Positions 46,397 to 56,041 of a stretch of 64,000 bases of DNA are shown here, one piece after another. The stretch is taken from positions 170,229-234,228 of the IMG/VR virus record IMGVR_UViG_3300037692_000137, one strand, 5' to 3'. The first letter of the stretch is position 1. Each line of letters opens with the position of its first letter. The notes beneath the pieces were generated by a model. That model saw only the letters and a program-made list of their open reading frames with translations. It did not search any database and was not told where the DNA came from. A program made the translations under genes and the position numbers. Source of the stretch: a virus (Duplodnaviria; Caudoviricetes).

Positions 46397-46430
46397 GCCT
46401 TTTGGCCGGCGAAAAACAAGGAGAATTACT

Positions 46431-46754
46431 ATGGCAAAGTTACTTACAGATTTATCTGACTGTACAGAAAGCTTAATAGCTGAAGACCGCGTGGTTGTAA
46501 TGCTGGTGCCATCAAACCCACCAGCTTTAGGAAACTCTGACGTTACTATGTGCAGAGCAAGAAGTATGAAAGCAGTTGAATTGGCCCTTATTGCGCCGCC
46601 TTCGGCCTGGACCAAGTTGGTCATTATACTCGACAGACCTTACGAGAATTACACCTCCAGGCAACTGAAAGAGGAGATAGCAAAAGGCCCTCAAAATGAC
46701 ACACCTGTACTATCTCCGAAAGAATTGATTTTCTTATCAGCTGACCAGAGTTAA
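46431..46754 (+). CDS. Hypothetical protein (107 aa; start re-called)
   Basis: AAGGAG SD. Confidence 0.55.
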   Translation: MAKLLTDLSDCTESLIAEDRVVVMLVPSNPPALGNSDVTMCRARSMKAVELALIAPPSAWTKLVIILDRPYENYTSRQLKEEIAKGPQNDTPVLSPKELIFLSADQS

Positions 46755-46970
46755 TTCAGATTAATTCCCCGTTTATTTACAGAAATCAACAAAAAACTAC
46801 TATTAATTAAACTACTGTAATAATTGGCTTATATATTAGGTTATATTTAGTCAATGATTACACAGTGTTACATTCCATTGTTACGCTGTTACACTCCGTT
46901 ACAATTGTATGTAATATAGTATAATAATAGTAGTAATATCAATGTACTATCAATGTAATGGAGAAGTGAC

Positions 46971-47741
46971 ATGAAGGCAAAGAATAGGGGTAGGCCTTTT
47001 GGTCATAAGTTGTCAGAAGAATCGAAACGTAAGATTAGTGTGTCTAAAAAAGGGTATAAGCACACAGTTGAAACCAAAAATAAAATAACTAAATCAGTTA
47101 CTAGATATTATAGTAATGGTTATGCCGTGGAGGGCACTACAATGGGAGTCAATATTAGTCCGAATAAGATTCGAGCATACAACCTTGGTGACAATGAATT
47201 CAACATCAAGATTGTTGAGGCTGATAATCGCTATGTGTACCTTACAGCAGATTTCACCTATGAATCTTTATTAGAAGAAACAGGCATGAAGATAATAGCT
47301 GTTAAAATGAGCACCATAAACCTTGAGCGTACACCAATCAAAACGGCCGATGATGTCGGATTTGGTACTGTCTCACAAATCAAAAAGGTCAGGCTCTCCT
47401 GCCGCTTTACAAAAATAAAGAAGCCGGCTGATTTTAACAGGATATTCCTAATTATGGAATCTAACTTTCCGAATATACTTTTTAAGATAAATACACTGGT
47501 CACCAGAAAAAACGGCCATGAGTATGTCTGGAAAAGAAAACATGTCCCTGGTATGGACGGTATGCTTGTTACAAAACTAATACTTACAGAGGTTGATAAC
47601 AACCAGCCTTATGAACTGTCATCCGAAATGAAAAGACATATTTTAACTCTTGTTGAAGACTTTGTTGTTCCAAGATTCTGCAATATAGAGGTAACAGGGT
47701 CCCAAGAGGGGATTCAATGCACTGGTTATGAGAAATTGTAA
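46971..47741 (+). CDS. NUMOD3-motif protein (256 aa)
   Basis: RGRPFGHKLSEESKRKISVSKKGYKHTVETKNKIT. Confidence 0.65.
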   Translation: MKAKNRGRPFGHKLSEESKRKISVSKKGYKHTVETKNKITKSVTRYYSNGYAVEGTTMGVNISPNKIRAYNLGDNEFNIKIVEADNRYVYLTADFTYESLLEETGMKIIAVKMSTINLERTPIKTADDVGFGTVSQIKKVRLSCRFTKIKKPADFNRIFLIMESNFPNILFKINTLVTRKNGHEYVWKRKHVPGMDGMLVTKLILTEVDNNQPYELSSEMKRHILTLVEDFVVPRFCNIEVTGSQEGIQCTGYEKL

Positions 47742-47772
47742 TACACACAAACTTTAAAGGAGCACCACTAAA

Positions 47773-47958
47773 ATGGCCCGTAATTATTGTAAAACTTGTG
47801 ACTACTGCCAAGTGGTCAATGAAGAAAAAAGCCTTGGTAAATGCCGAATCAACCCACCAACTGTGATTGTTTATGACATTGACATGGCGACGGTGTTTCC
47901 AAAAGTAGACATCCACAAAGACTGGTGTGGTAGTCATACCGAAAGCACAGGCGTCTGA
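47773..47958 (+). CDS. Cys-rich small protein (61 aa)
   Basis: AAGGAG SD; CKTC...GKCRINPP...FPKV....WCG. Confidence 0.6.
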   Translation: MARNYCKTCDYCQVVNEEKSLGKCRINPPTVIVYDIDMATVFPKVDIHKDWCGSHTESTGV

Positions 47959-48003
47959 GCAACTTGCCGACTATTTTACCAGCTATCAGAGGATTTTTTA
48001 ATT

Positions 48004-48255
48004 ATGGAAACTTTTCCTTATATAGTAACCGTGACTGTTGGAGGAGTAACTTTAACTTTGCCTTTTAACACAAGGGAAGCTGCTTATGATGTATTTTCCA
48101 CAATGCTGGATAACATGCGTGCTACTAACCATATAGCAGCTGTATATAGAGACTCCCAGGAAGTACTCTTATTGCTGCCGGCCGCTGTTTTACGTAAAGC
48201 CGTGATTCAGTTGCTGCCCGCTCCTACTGCTAACTTCTACACTGGTAAACCCTAA
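48004..48255 (+). CDS. Hypothetical protein (83 aa)
   Basis: GAGGA SD. Confidence 0.55.
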   Translation: METFPYIVTVTVGGVTLTLPFNTREAAYDVFSTMLDNMRATNHIAAVYRDSQEVLLLLPAAVLRKAVIQLLPAPTANFYTGKP

Positions 48256-48320
48256 ATAAGCAGTTAAGTATTAAAATGTAGTTAAATTGAAAAATGTAAA
48301 TTGAGGAGCATAGAATTAAA

Positions 48321-49409
48321 ATGGTATCAACAACTTCATGGAAAGAGGAGTACAAGGATTTTGTAATACAGCATTTGCTGGCTGGAAATAATCTCAAGGA
48401 GGTGGAGGTTGCTTTACATGCAAATTTTCCTTCCAGTACAGATTTGACCGTTGATACACTGGCAAAAAGAGTAAATAGCATACGAAAAACAAACGAAGCC
48501 TTACAAAATGTGTTTGTGGGGGTGAGGTACAATGTTTCTCTGGCTGATTTTATAGGGTTGTACAACGACCCTACGCTCTCTACAAAGGATATTCGTGACA
48601 CATTTGGTATGAACTACTGCACTCTATCCAAGGCACTTGCATATGCAGAAGCCAGTGGTATACCAGTTATTCGAAGAAAAGTGGCAACAATAATGGTAAA
48701 GAAAAGCAAAAGCAAAGTTACCAATAAACGTGGGGCTACTCTTAACTATACTGCTAGACCAGTAAAGAGGGCGGAAGAACAAAAAGCAGTAGAAGCTATT
48801 GTTGAACATGGGGGCTTCTTTGGTCTTACTAACAGCAATGTTATTGAGCACTGGGAAATGTTTAATCATCTCCTCCGCCCGAAATCGCCATTTTTCATCG
48901 CAGAAAGGGACCCGGAAGTATACTCAGTAATAAAAGCACAAGTTGAGGCGCTCCAACAGGATGAAACACAGCCGAAGGCAAAGAATATCGTTGCTGTCCA
49001 GGGAGATCTGTTTAGTGAACTACGTCGTAAGTACGCCAACAGCACAAAAAGCCTTTTTCGCTACGGGCACCTGGATTTTTGCAACACCGCACTCACACTG
49101 GTAAGGGATGGGAACCTTATAAACGATCTGACGTGGCTCGCCAACAGTACCATTTTAAAAGACGTCTTTTATATGGATATTACATTCGTCCACAGAATGG
49201 ACCACTCCTCCCCTCCGATGTATGATACTGTCTTAAACCACTTCATACCCAGCATCTTTTCCGCTTGTGGTTGGATGGTGTCCACTTTTGAAGATAAGAA
49301 CCAAATAGAACAGGAAGCAGAGACACACGGGTTTTACAAAACATACCATGAGAATTTCAGATCTGCTAAAATGGTTCGTGGCTTCTTCAAATTTGAACGT
49401 AATTATTAA
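48321..49409 (+). CDS. 362-aa protein: N-terminal HTH-like region and C-terminal Rossmann/SAM-methyltransferase-like region
   Basis: FFIAERDPEVY, VAVQGDLF and GHLDFC resemble class I MTase motifs II-IV; no clear glycine-rich motif I. Confidence 0.45.
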   Translation: MVSTTSWKEEYKDFVIQHLLAGNNLKEVEVALHANFPSSTDLTVDTLAKRVNSIRKTNEALQNVFVGVRYNVSLADFIGLYNDPTLSTKDIRDTFGMNYCTLSKALAYAEASGIPVIRRKVATIMVKKSKSKVTNKRGATLNYTARPVKRAEEQKAVEAIVEHGGFFGLTNSNVIEHWEMFNHLLRPKSPFFIAERDPEVYSVIKAQVEALQQDETQPKAKNIVAVQGDLFSELRRKYANSTKSLFRYGHLDFCNTALTLVRDGNLINDLTWLANSTILKDVFYMDITFVHRMDHSSPPMYDTVLNHFIPSIFSACGWMVSTFEDKNQIEQEAETHGFYKTYHENFRSAKMVRGFFKFERNY

Positions 49410-49420
49410 AAGGAACCGTT

Positions 49421-49606
49421 ATGTTATTTAATAAAGAGACACGCTATTGGCAAAAAGAATACAGAGAAGGACGTCTAGATAATGTGGGCATGCTAGGAGA
49501 AACCAGGGCTTTACTTGATGGCTCGGCAGAAAAAGGATTCTGGGTCATAGTGAAAGTCATGTGCATTGTAGCGTGCCTCCTTCTCGCACTCTGTATTTGG
49601 CACTAA
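49421..49606 (+). CDS. Small membrane protein (61 aa)
   Basis: C-terminal TM segment. Confidence 0.5.
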   Translation: MLFNKETRYWQKEYREGRLDNVGMLGETRALLDGSAEKGFWVIVKVMCIVACLLLALCIWH

Positions 49607-49625
49607 TCATTAAAGGAGAGCTTCA

Positions 49626-50057
49626 ATGCTTGATAATGATATGAGTTTAAGGGACATCTCCATAGAGTATGACAAAATATACTCTGAGATGCAGGAGTTG
49701 TTAAACGAATACCAACCCTGTAGAGGGTATCATGGCGAGCCTTGTATTAGAGTAGGCTTTTGTTGTCAAGGTTGCAAGCACCTAAGCGAAACAGGTTGCA
49801 CTGTTAAGTCTATGTGGTGTAAGTTTTGGCTTTGCGCTTCCGCGACGGCTGGATTGTCAACAAAGTTTCTGACTGGGAGAGCCGCGTTACAAAAACGGTT
49901 CTACAAATTACCCTTTTCCACATGGCTTGAGGGGAGATACTCAAAAGCTCAATACATAAGGGCTCTTGTGCGTTTACGGCACCGACGTAAACGAGTAGCA
50001 GCAAGAAAATTAAGGATGAGTGAAACAAATGCCACCTGTACACATTGTTCAAGGTAA
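49626..50057 (+). CDS. Cys-rich protein (143 aa)
   Basis: AAGGAG SD; CC.GC.HL...GC......CK.WLC. Confidence 0.6.
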   Translation: MLDNDMSLRDISIEYDKIYSEMQELLNEYQPCRGYHGEPCIRVGFCCQGCKHLSETGCTVKSMWCKFWLCASATAGLSTKFLTGRAALQKRFYKLPFSTWLEGRYSKAQYIRALVRLRHRRKRVAARKLRMSETNATCTHCSR

Positions 50058-50412
50058 AGTTATATGGGTGCATGGGGTAGTTACTGGGACTATCCCTATA
50101 TACATGCGCAACTATAAATTCTCCCCAGAGAAAGTATGTAGTATACTTAACATAAAACTACCCACTCTTCGTAATTGGGTAGCTGGTGGGTTTGTTGGAA
50201 AGCCTAAGCAGCTCACCAAAGCCTGTAGTTTTGATTTCTGGGAAGTACTCAATATAAAAGTTTTCAAGGAGTTACGGGCTTTTGGACTCCGACGAGAGTT
50301 GGTGGGGAGGGTGGTAATGGGTGAGCGCTTGACCCATGGTGCCGATGTAGTTATAAATTGGCAGGAACAAGTACACTCCTTAAGAAAAATGTTGCAAGGT
50401 AACTTATCCTGA
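50020..50412 (+). CDS. MerR-like HTH DNA-binding protein (start uncertain)
   Basis: FSPEKVCSILNIKLPTLRNWVAGGF...FDFWEVLNIKVFKELRAFG. Confidence 0.65.
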   Translation: MKQMPPVHIVQGKVIWVHGVVTGTIPIYMRNYKFSPEKVCSILNIKLPTLRNWVAGGFVGKPKQLTKACSFDFWEVLNIKVFKELRAFGLRRELVGRVVMGERLTHGADVVINWQEQVHSLRKMLQGNLS

Positions 50413-50437
50413 TTTAACATCAGGTAAAATAAAACGA

Positions 50438-50470
50438 GACGCCTCCGGCCGGCGTCAGTTAATAGGCCGG
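50438..50470 (+). other. Predicted H-type RNA pseudoknot
   Basis: S1 GACGCC/GGCGTC; S2 CCGGCC/GGCCGG; loops of 1, 0 and 8 nt. Confidence 0.6.
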
Positions 50471-50949
50471 TATATTTTTCATTGAAGCGGTAGGCCAACT
50501 GCTGATGGACCTCCTTATCCCCTGTTGTCGAAGTCAAAAAGAGCTGTATGCATATCTTTTTGATAAAGTGCTAAAACAATCTTAACAAAACAAATGACTG
50601 ATGGATTACTATAAACAGGTACGAATGGCTCGGTGTAATTTAAAGTTATATTGTGCAAGCCGGCCTATTCAGGGGTAGGTTGGTGTTAAGATACCTTTTT
50701 CTATAAACATACACACTGGAGGTGTGGTAGTGAAGATAAGATTTCGTGGGCAAAAGATAACCGTCCGATTGATGACCGACGAGGAGATCATAAGAGCCAG
50801 ATGCCTTTTTAGAGAAAGATCTTGTTTTGATAGCGATTCTAGTAGTATATGGCGTGAATCTAATGCACAAGGTGATCGTGTTGGAGAACATCCACATAGA
50901 GAATATGTGGAGATAATCTCCTCATGGTTTAAATTATAAAATTATATAT

Positions 50950-51180
50950 GTGGAGAAAATAATCATGAGTTCCGCAGTAAGAAGTTCGGAAGACGACCCT
51001 ACTTCGTTTAGCCCGCTGCATACATTTGAAGAGTATGCTGGAAGCACGAAAGATGGCCGATGTAGGGATTACCTTTCCGTGGTAAGAGCAGTAACCTGCT
51101 TACACGGAAGTATGGAAGAATTTTCTAAAGAATCTGAGCAAAAAGCTCAGGAACATGGTAATAATTCGGAGGATTATTAA
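50950..51180 (+). CDS. Hypothetical protein (76 aa; start uncertain)
   Basis: In operon orientation. Confidence 0.4.
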   Translation: MEKIIMSSAVRSSEDDPTSFSPLHTFEEYAGSTKDGRCRDYLSVVRAVTCLHGSMEEFSKESEQKAQEHGNNSEDY

Positions 51181-51418
51181 CATGTTATTTACAGTGTTAA
51201 AAGTCGGTTTTATTTTCATGGCTGGTTTTGGCGCCGGGATCGCTATTGGTGTGATTAGCACCACAGAAACGTATTATACTTTAACAAGTAGGCTTTTCGA
51301 AAAAGACTGTACTACAAGCACCGTTTATCATGCTGCCCGTGAACATGAGTTTATAACCTCATTGGTGCTCATACTTCTATCTTTAATTGGTTTAATCCTT
51401 ACAACCTACTTAAAGTAG
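51155..51418 (+). CDS. Membrane protein (87 aa)
   Basis: Two hydrophobic segments. Confidence 0.5.
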   Translation: MVIIRRIINMLFTVLKVGFIFMAGFGAGIAIGVISTTETYYTLTSRLFEKDCTTSTVYHAAREHEFITSLVLILLSLIGLILTTYLK

Positions 51419-51447
51419 AAATAAATCCAAAAGCTACGAGGCAAGGC

Positions 51448-51660
51448 ATGTCGGATAAAATAAAAAAGTACACATTCTATTTCTTGGATGGAGTCCAGTC
51501 TGTTGGTGTTGGTACTTCTGTATCAAAAGCATTTGCTAACGCTGGTTACGGCGGCGGGGCAATAAACGTAGTAGATTTCTGGGAGGAGGGTGATCATATA
51601 GCGCACATCTGGAATAAGTCAAAAAAATGTTGGGAAACCAATTCCGAAGTAAGCATGTAG
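51448..51660 (+). CDS. Hypothetical protein (70 aa)
   Basis: GAGG SD. Confidence 0.55.
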   Translation: MSDKIKKYTFYFLDGVQSVGVGTSVSKAFANAGYGGGAINVVDFWEEGDHIAHIWNKSKKCWETNSEVSM

Positions 51661-51682
51661 TAAATAAACTATAATTAATTAA

Positions 51683-52510
51683 TTGTGGAGGATTCAAATG
51701 ATCAAAATGAACGATGTGGAAAAAGATTTGCGTAAGGCACTTACCATGTTTAACATTTTATTGCCTTTTACACTCTCAGATCTCAAGAAAACATACAGAG
51801 AGCTTTGTCTGCAAAACCACCCTGATCGCTTTATCGCTGGCCCCGGCCGTGAGGCAGCTAATGATTATATGGCTGAAATTAACACCGGATTCCTGCTGCT
51901 CGGTAAGTGCGCGGCGGACGACAGGTCTGAGGATGAGATGTTGCTGCTTGATAAGGAAACCCTCATTGCCCGGCTGTCCAAAGATCCCTTTGCTGTATAT
52001 GATACCTGTAGCTCGTGTGGCGGTAAGAAAGTTGTTACGCATACTTACGTAAGCGGTCATGATGACTGCTCTGCTTGTGGTGCTCATGGTTACACAGAAA
52101 AGTTGTGCAAAGACTGTTACGGTACCGGCATTTTCTTGGCCGGGGTAAAAGAGCTGTCCTGTTCCATCTGCAATGGCTCCGGTTCTTTTACCACAAGGAG
52201 TGGAAAAGTTGTTCCCTGCTTGAAATGTGACGGAACTGGTGTGTTCCATGTGAAACTCAAAAATCAGTACAAATGTCGCACTTGTGCTGGTGTTGGCACA
52301 ATTGTGACATCTTGTCCCACGTGTAACGCCATAGGCGTAGTTGCAGTCACTGGGGAAAAGAAGACTGTCTGCGCAGCCTGCCTGGGCGTTGGCGAAGTAA
52401 AGAAGGATTTATGGAATCCCGTTATCAAACCTGGCGCCATCCTGGCCATGAATATCTGCCACAAAAACCGCACGAAACATCATCGTAACACCTCCGTTGC
52501 TGCCGGCTAA
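51683..52510 (+). CDS. DnaJ-like protein (J domain plus expanded CxxCxGxG zinc-finger repeats; true start probably 51698 or 51707)
   Basis: LKKTYRELCLQNHPDRF; about eight CxxCxGxG-type motifs; no G/F-rich or C-terminal substrate domain. Confidence 0.85.
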   Translation: MWRIQMIKMNDVEKDLRKALTMFNILLPFTLSDLKKTYRELCLQNHPDRFIAGPGREAANDYMAEINTGFLLLGKCAADDRSEDEMLLLDKETLIARLSKDPFAVYDTCSSCGGKKVVTHTYVSGHDDCSACGAHGYTEKLCKDCYGTGIFLAGVKELSCSICNGSGSFTTRSGKVVPCLKCDGTGVFHVKLKNQYKCRTCAGVGTIVTSCPTCNAIGVVAVTGEKKTVCAACLGVGEVKKDLWNPVIKPGAILAMNICHKNRTKHHRNTSVAAG

Positions 52511-52526
52511 TCCACCAAAGTAACTT

Positions 52527-52556
52527 GAATGAGGGTTCCGTAAGGAGCCCTTATTC
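52527..52556. terminator. 13-bp hairpin with GTAA loop after the DnaJ-like gene (no U-tract)
   Basis: GAATGAGGGTTCC-GTAA-GGAGCCCTTATTC. Confidence 0.45.
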
Positions 52557-52568
52557 TAGGTAATATAA

Positions 52569-52778
52569 ATGATAATCACACCCGCTATTAATAAGCTACC
52601 GTTCGACCGTAAACTCCCGTTTAAGGCCATTAAGCAAGCTCGAAGTAAGAAGATGCTTGAACTTGTAAGTTGTACCAACTGCAAGCACAGAAGATCCCGT
52701 CTCAATTTATCCCCAAAGTATAACACATGTCTCATCTGCAATAACTTTGATAGGTGGGAATTCAGAATCATAGCCTGA
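52569..52778 (+). CDS. Cys-containing small protein (69 aa)
   Basis: CTNC...CLIC. Confidence 0.5.
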   Translation: MIITPAINKLPFDRKLPFKAIKQARSKKMLELVSCTNCKHRRSRLNLSPKYNTCLICNNFDRWEFRIIA

Positions 52779-52788
52779 GGTAAATACT

Positions 52789-53070
52789 ATGAGAAAAGTA
52801 GAAATACGCATATTAGAGGGGCATCCTGACGAAATGTATTTTAACATTGAGTTGCTAACGGATGATGCTTCTGCCAAGGAAGGGCCAAGTACCATGAGAA
52901 TGATAGTAACTAAACATATCTCAAGTATGCAGCCTTCTACCGGATTTAAACATCTTCCACATTTCAGTGAGAGAGAAATGCAGCATATTACAAGCCACAC
53001 ACGCTTCTGCTTTGACTTATTTTCTGCTGAAAAAGAACTGGCTGTACTATGGCTAAATAACCTTGACTAA
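52789..53070 (+). CDS. Hypothetical protein (93 aa)
   Basis: GAGG SD. Confidence 0.55.
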   Translation: MRKVEIRILEGHPDEMYFNIELLTDDASAKEGPSTMRMIVTKHISSMQPSTGFKHLPHFSEREMQHITSHTRFCFDLFSAEKELAVLWLNNLD

Positions 53071-53090
53071 ACTGAAAGGATTTCTGGATT

Positions 53091-53387
53091 ATGAAGAGCG
53101 TAATTTTAGAATGGAACCCAAAAATTGGAGATCAGTCACTTGAAGTGATAGTATCCTTTGTGGGTAAGCATATACCTTTGGCAACTATTGTTGCTACAAA
53201 GCAAACAATGTCCTGGAAACCGTTTCCAGGATTTTATGCACTTCCAGAAACAACTGAACAAGAGAGAGACCTCGTAGAAACGCATGTGCGCACTTACTAT
53301 GACGCTTTCTTTCGGTTGGTTAAAGAGACTACAATCTGGTACGATGAAACCTCTACCGTGGAGGCTAGAATACAAAAATCAATATAA
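53091..53387 (+). CDS. Hypothetical protein (98 aa)
   Basis: AAGGA SD. Confidence 0.55.
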   Translation: MKSVILEWNPKIGDQSLEVIVSFVGKHIPLATIVATKQTMSWKPFPGFYALPETTEQERDLVETHVRTYYDAFFRLVKETTIWYDETSTVEARIQKSI

Positions 53388-53397
53388 AGGAGTTACT

Positions 53398-53529
53398 ATG
53401 GCAAAAAAGAAACGCCCAAGCGAGGAATTTGGAATAAGAATTCCAGTACCCCCACCTAATCAAGCGCATAAAAACAAAAGTAAATATGTGCGCAAGCCCA
53501 AACGTCCAAAGGAGGACGCAGATGAATAA
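53398..53529 (+). CDS. 43-aa basic peptide (MAKKKRPSEEFGIRIPVPPPNQAHKNKSKYVRKPK...)
   Basis: AAGGAG SD; fills the gap. Confidence 0.55.
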   Translation: MAKKKRPSEEFGIRIPVPPPNQAHKNKSKYVRKPKRPKEDADE

Positions 53530-53851
53530 AAAGAGTAAGTATAGTTCGGTTGAAAATACGTTTGTTTACGCGTTACTTTGCTTGAAGCAGAAAGCCTTGT
53601 CTGCCTTTAAAGACAACGTGCCTTCGTGGATTTCTGCCCAAATTAAGAAAAAAGAGCTTTGCTCAGACAACTGGTCCCTTTCGGAAGAGAATCTTAATCA
53701 CGGGGCAGAGCTGGTGTTGACACTCAGTTTGGTATCGGAGGCCGGCGTTAAGAACAAAGTAGTAAAGCTTTACTACTGTTATAGCTGTGTGAAAGATTCA
53801 AATAAAATCGTCGAAGTTAGGCAATCCAATATAATCATCAACATCAATTAA
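53522..53851 (+). CDS. Hypothetical protein (109 aa; start re-called)
   Basis: AGGAGG SD. Confidence 0.55.
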   Translation: MNKKSKYSSVENTFVYALLCLKQKALSAFKDNVPSWISAQIKKKELCSDNWSLSEENLNHGAELVLTLSLVSEAGVKNKVVKLYYCYSCVKDSNKIVEVRQSNIIININ

Positions 53852-53865
53852 CAGGATCTACTACG

Positions 53866-54732
53866 ATGACAAAAGTACTTTTTGGTTTAGAACCACAAGA
53901 GCAGCGTACATATCTGGCGGTTGAGGCAGGAGAAGCAGTTTTACTTTATGGCCCCGCCGGAAGTGGAAAAACAATTCTTGCCCAGCAACTTGCTGACAAG
54001 TACGCTGAATCAGTAAAGAAGCGTACAGGTCAAGACATCCCGGTTATCTATTTACAGCTTTACCCGGAGATGACAAAAGGGACACTCATCGGAGGTGAGA
54101 CCCTGAGAAACGGCTCTATCGTAGTTGAGCCGCAAGTAATAACCAGGCTTGGTGCACAAGGAGCCGTTTTTATAATTGATGAGTGTACCCATACCACGGA
54201 GCCAGTTCTCTTGGCATTCAATTCACTCATAGAAGAACCAAACCTTACTGTAATTGGAGACAAGGTCTTCAACATGCATAAGGACACCCGCTTTATTTTC
54301 TCCGGCAACTGGCCAGATCATACAGGTAATATATCCTTACCTACATCATTTGCAAATCGTGTTTACATCGAAGAAATCAACTACCCTGATGAGGAAAGTT
54401 ACGTTAAGCTGGCTGTGCATTACACCAATGTGCATGCCGACATTGCTAAGTTCGTTGCTCTGTTGATAAACAAGGTACGCGACGACACCCTTCCCCTTTC
54501 CCCAAGAAACATGCTGGCTTGTACCAGAGCTGCAAAGCGTCTCCACAAATCAGGCTTTAAAGCGCTGCCTTCGAGTGTACGAACAACTAGCGACACAAGG
54601 AAATTCTTTCTCGTATTAAAAGAATTGGACATTGATCCAGAGATGTTTAAAGCAGTGGTTTTATCCACGCTGTCGGTCTATGTTAAAACACATTCGGCAA
54701 CACCGGATAAAATAAAAGCACTTTTATGGTGA
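53866..54732 (+). CDS. MoxR/CbbQ-type AAA+ ATPase
   Basis: GPAGSGKT, LIGG, FIIDE, FNSLIE, SFANR, SPRN. Confidence 0.88.
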   Translation: MTKVLFGLEPQEQRTYLAVEAGEAVLLYGPAGSGKTILAQQLADKYAESVKKRTGQDIPVIYLQLYPEMTKGTLIGGETLRNGSIVVEPQVITRLGAQGAVFIIDECTHTTEPVLLAFNSLIEEPNLTVIGDKVFNMHKDTRFIFSGNWPDHTGNISLPTSFANRVYIEEINYPDEESYVKLAVHYTNVHADIAKFVALLINKVRDDTLPLSPRNMLACTRAAKRLHKSGFKALPSSVRTTSDTRKFFLVLKELDIDPEMFKAVVLSTLSVYVKTHSATPDKIKALLW

Positions 54733-54733
54733 G

Positions 54734-56041
54734 ATGATGATAAAACCAACTTTCGATCCTAGGCTTACTGCCTTGGCTGAATGCCCTGTGTTAGATGTAA
54801 CAGAGGAACTGAATGAGTCGAATAAAAGAAGAAAACCTGAGGATACACATAAGCATTCAGGAAATATAGTATTTAACCCTCATCCAGTTATTCAAGCAAC
54901 ATCTGATCTTGTCTTAACCCATGAGTTATGTCATCGTTTTGCTGGAAAACAAGACTACGACGTATTTCTTACGGCCATAATAGTGCGTAAAAGAGACACG
55001 CTATTCAAATGGGTGCTCAATGCACTATATGACTGGTATCATGAGAATAAACACAGAGAAGTTTCTGTGCTAATAAGTACCAATCTCATGCTATTACGAC
55101 AAGATCATCAAATAACCAATAAAGAAAAAGATCCAGCATTAGATGTTTTGCTGCATCTTCTCAATAATGAGATAGACATTGAAGAAGGGGAGAAACTTCT
55201 TGAACACAAGGTCAGAGACGTTATTGACCTTGTTGTTATAGCAGACAAACTTTCTGCTGAAATTAAAACTCCACCTGTACACGCCTGCTGTATGCTAGCA
55301 GGCTCCAGGCCTGGTAATTGCATTACTGGTGATAATGACACAGGTGCTGGTGGTAGCAAAAAAGATAGGCCTGTGCTGTCTAATTACTATTTCACTGCTG
55401 TTAGTAAGTATTACAGCATAATAACCACATTAGCAAAAATGTGGTCGCGCAATAAGTATGGTTGGCAAAAAAGCTATTACGGTGAGATAAACTGGTGTAA
55501 CTTGCCCCTGTTACTGCTAGGAAACGAAATAGGCCTGCCTGTTTTTAGGCTTATGTCCAAAATAAACATAGATCGTAGAGTCTTCCTAGTGGTGGATAGG
55601 AGTGGCTCAACAAATGATATTAAGGACATGTTAATGGATACAACAGTCATTATCACAGAGTCTTTACGCATGCTTGGTGTGCCTATATCTGTAATGGATG
55701 TGGGTGTAACAGACTCAGTTGTTAATAAAATAAATGAGCCTGTTATACTACGATGGTTTACACCAAAAAGTTGTGGCGGTACACCGTTAGGCGAGGTAAT
55801 AAAGTTAATAGAAGGAGATGACACACAATCTCTATTAATTATCATAACAGACGGTTGTCCGGGTAGCTGGACTACGTTAAAAGAGGGTTTATACAAGTTT
55901 AAAGGGGATTATGTTTCTTTTGTTATTGGGTCTTCTTACAAAGACTACCAAAGACAGATAAAGAATGTAATCCCTGTTGAACCCAACACCATAATAAGGA
56001 GTTTGATAGGCTATCATGACAGAAATTTCTCAAATAGTTAA
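54734..56041 (+). CDS. vWA-domain protein with N-terminal HExxH (MoxR partner)
   Basis: THELCH; MIDAS DRSGS, GGTP, ITDG. Confidence 0.82.
   Translation: MMIKPTFDPRLTALAECPVLDVTEELNESNKRRKPEDTHKHSGNIVFNPHPVIQATSDLVLTHELCHRFAGKQDYDVFLTAIIVRKRDTLFKWVLNALYDWYHENKHREVSVLISTNLMLLRQDHQITNKEKDPALDVLLHLLNNEIDIEEGEKLLEHKVRDVIDLVVIADKLSAEIKTPPVHACCMLAGSRPGNCITGDNDTGAGGSKKDRPVLSNYYFTAVSKYYSIITTLAKMWSRNKYGWQKSYYGEINWCNLPLLLLGNEIGLPVFRLMSKINIDRRVFLVVDRSGSTNDIKDMLMDTTVIITESLRMLGVPISVMDVGVTDSVVNKINEPVILRWFTPKSCGGTPLGEVIKLIEGDDTQSLLIIITDGCPGSWTTLKEGLYKFKGDYVSFVIGSSYKDYQRQIKNVIPVEPNTIIRSLIGYHDRNFSNS

Noticed and set aside
50600-50690. TGCAAGC hairpin region as a twister-sister ribozyme
   Set aside because: The TGCAAG is not in a closed hairpin loop and the GCUCA cleavage strand is missing
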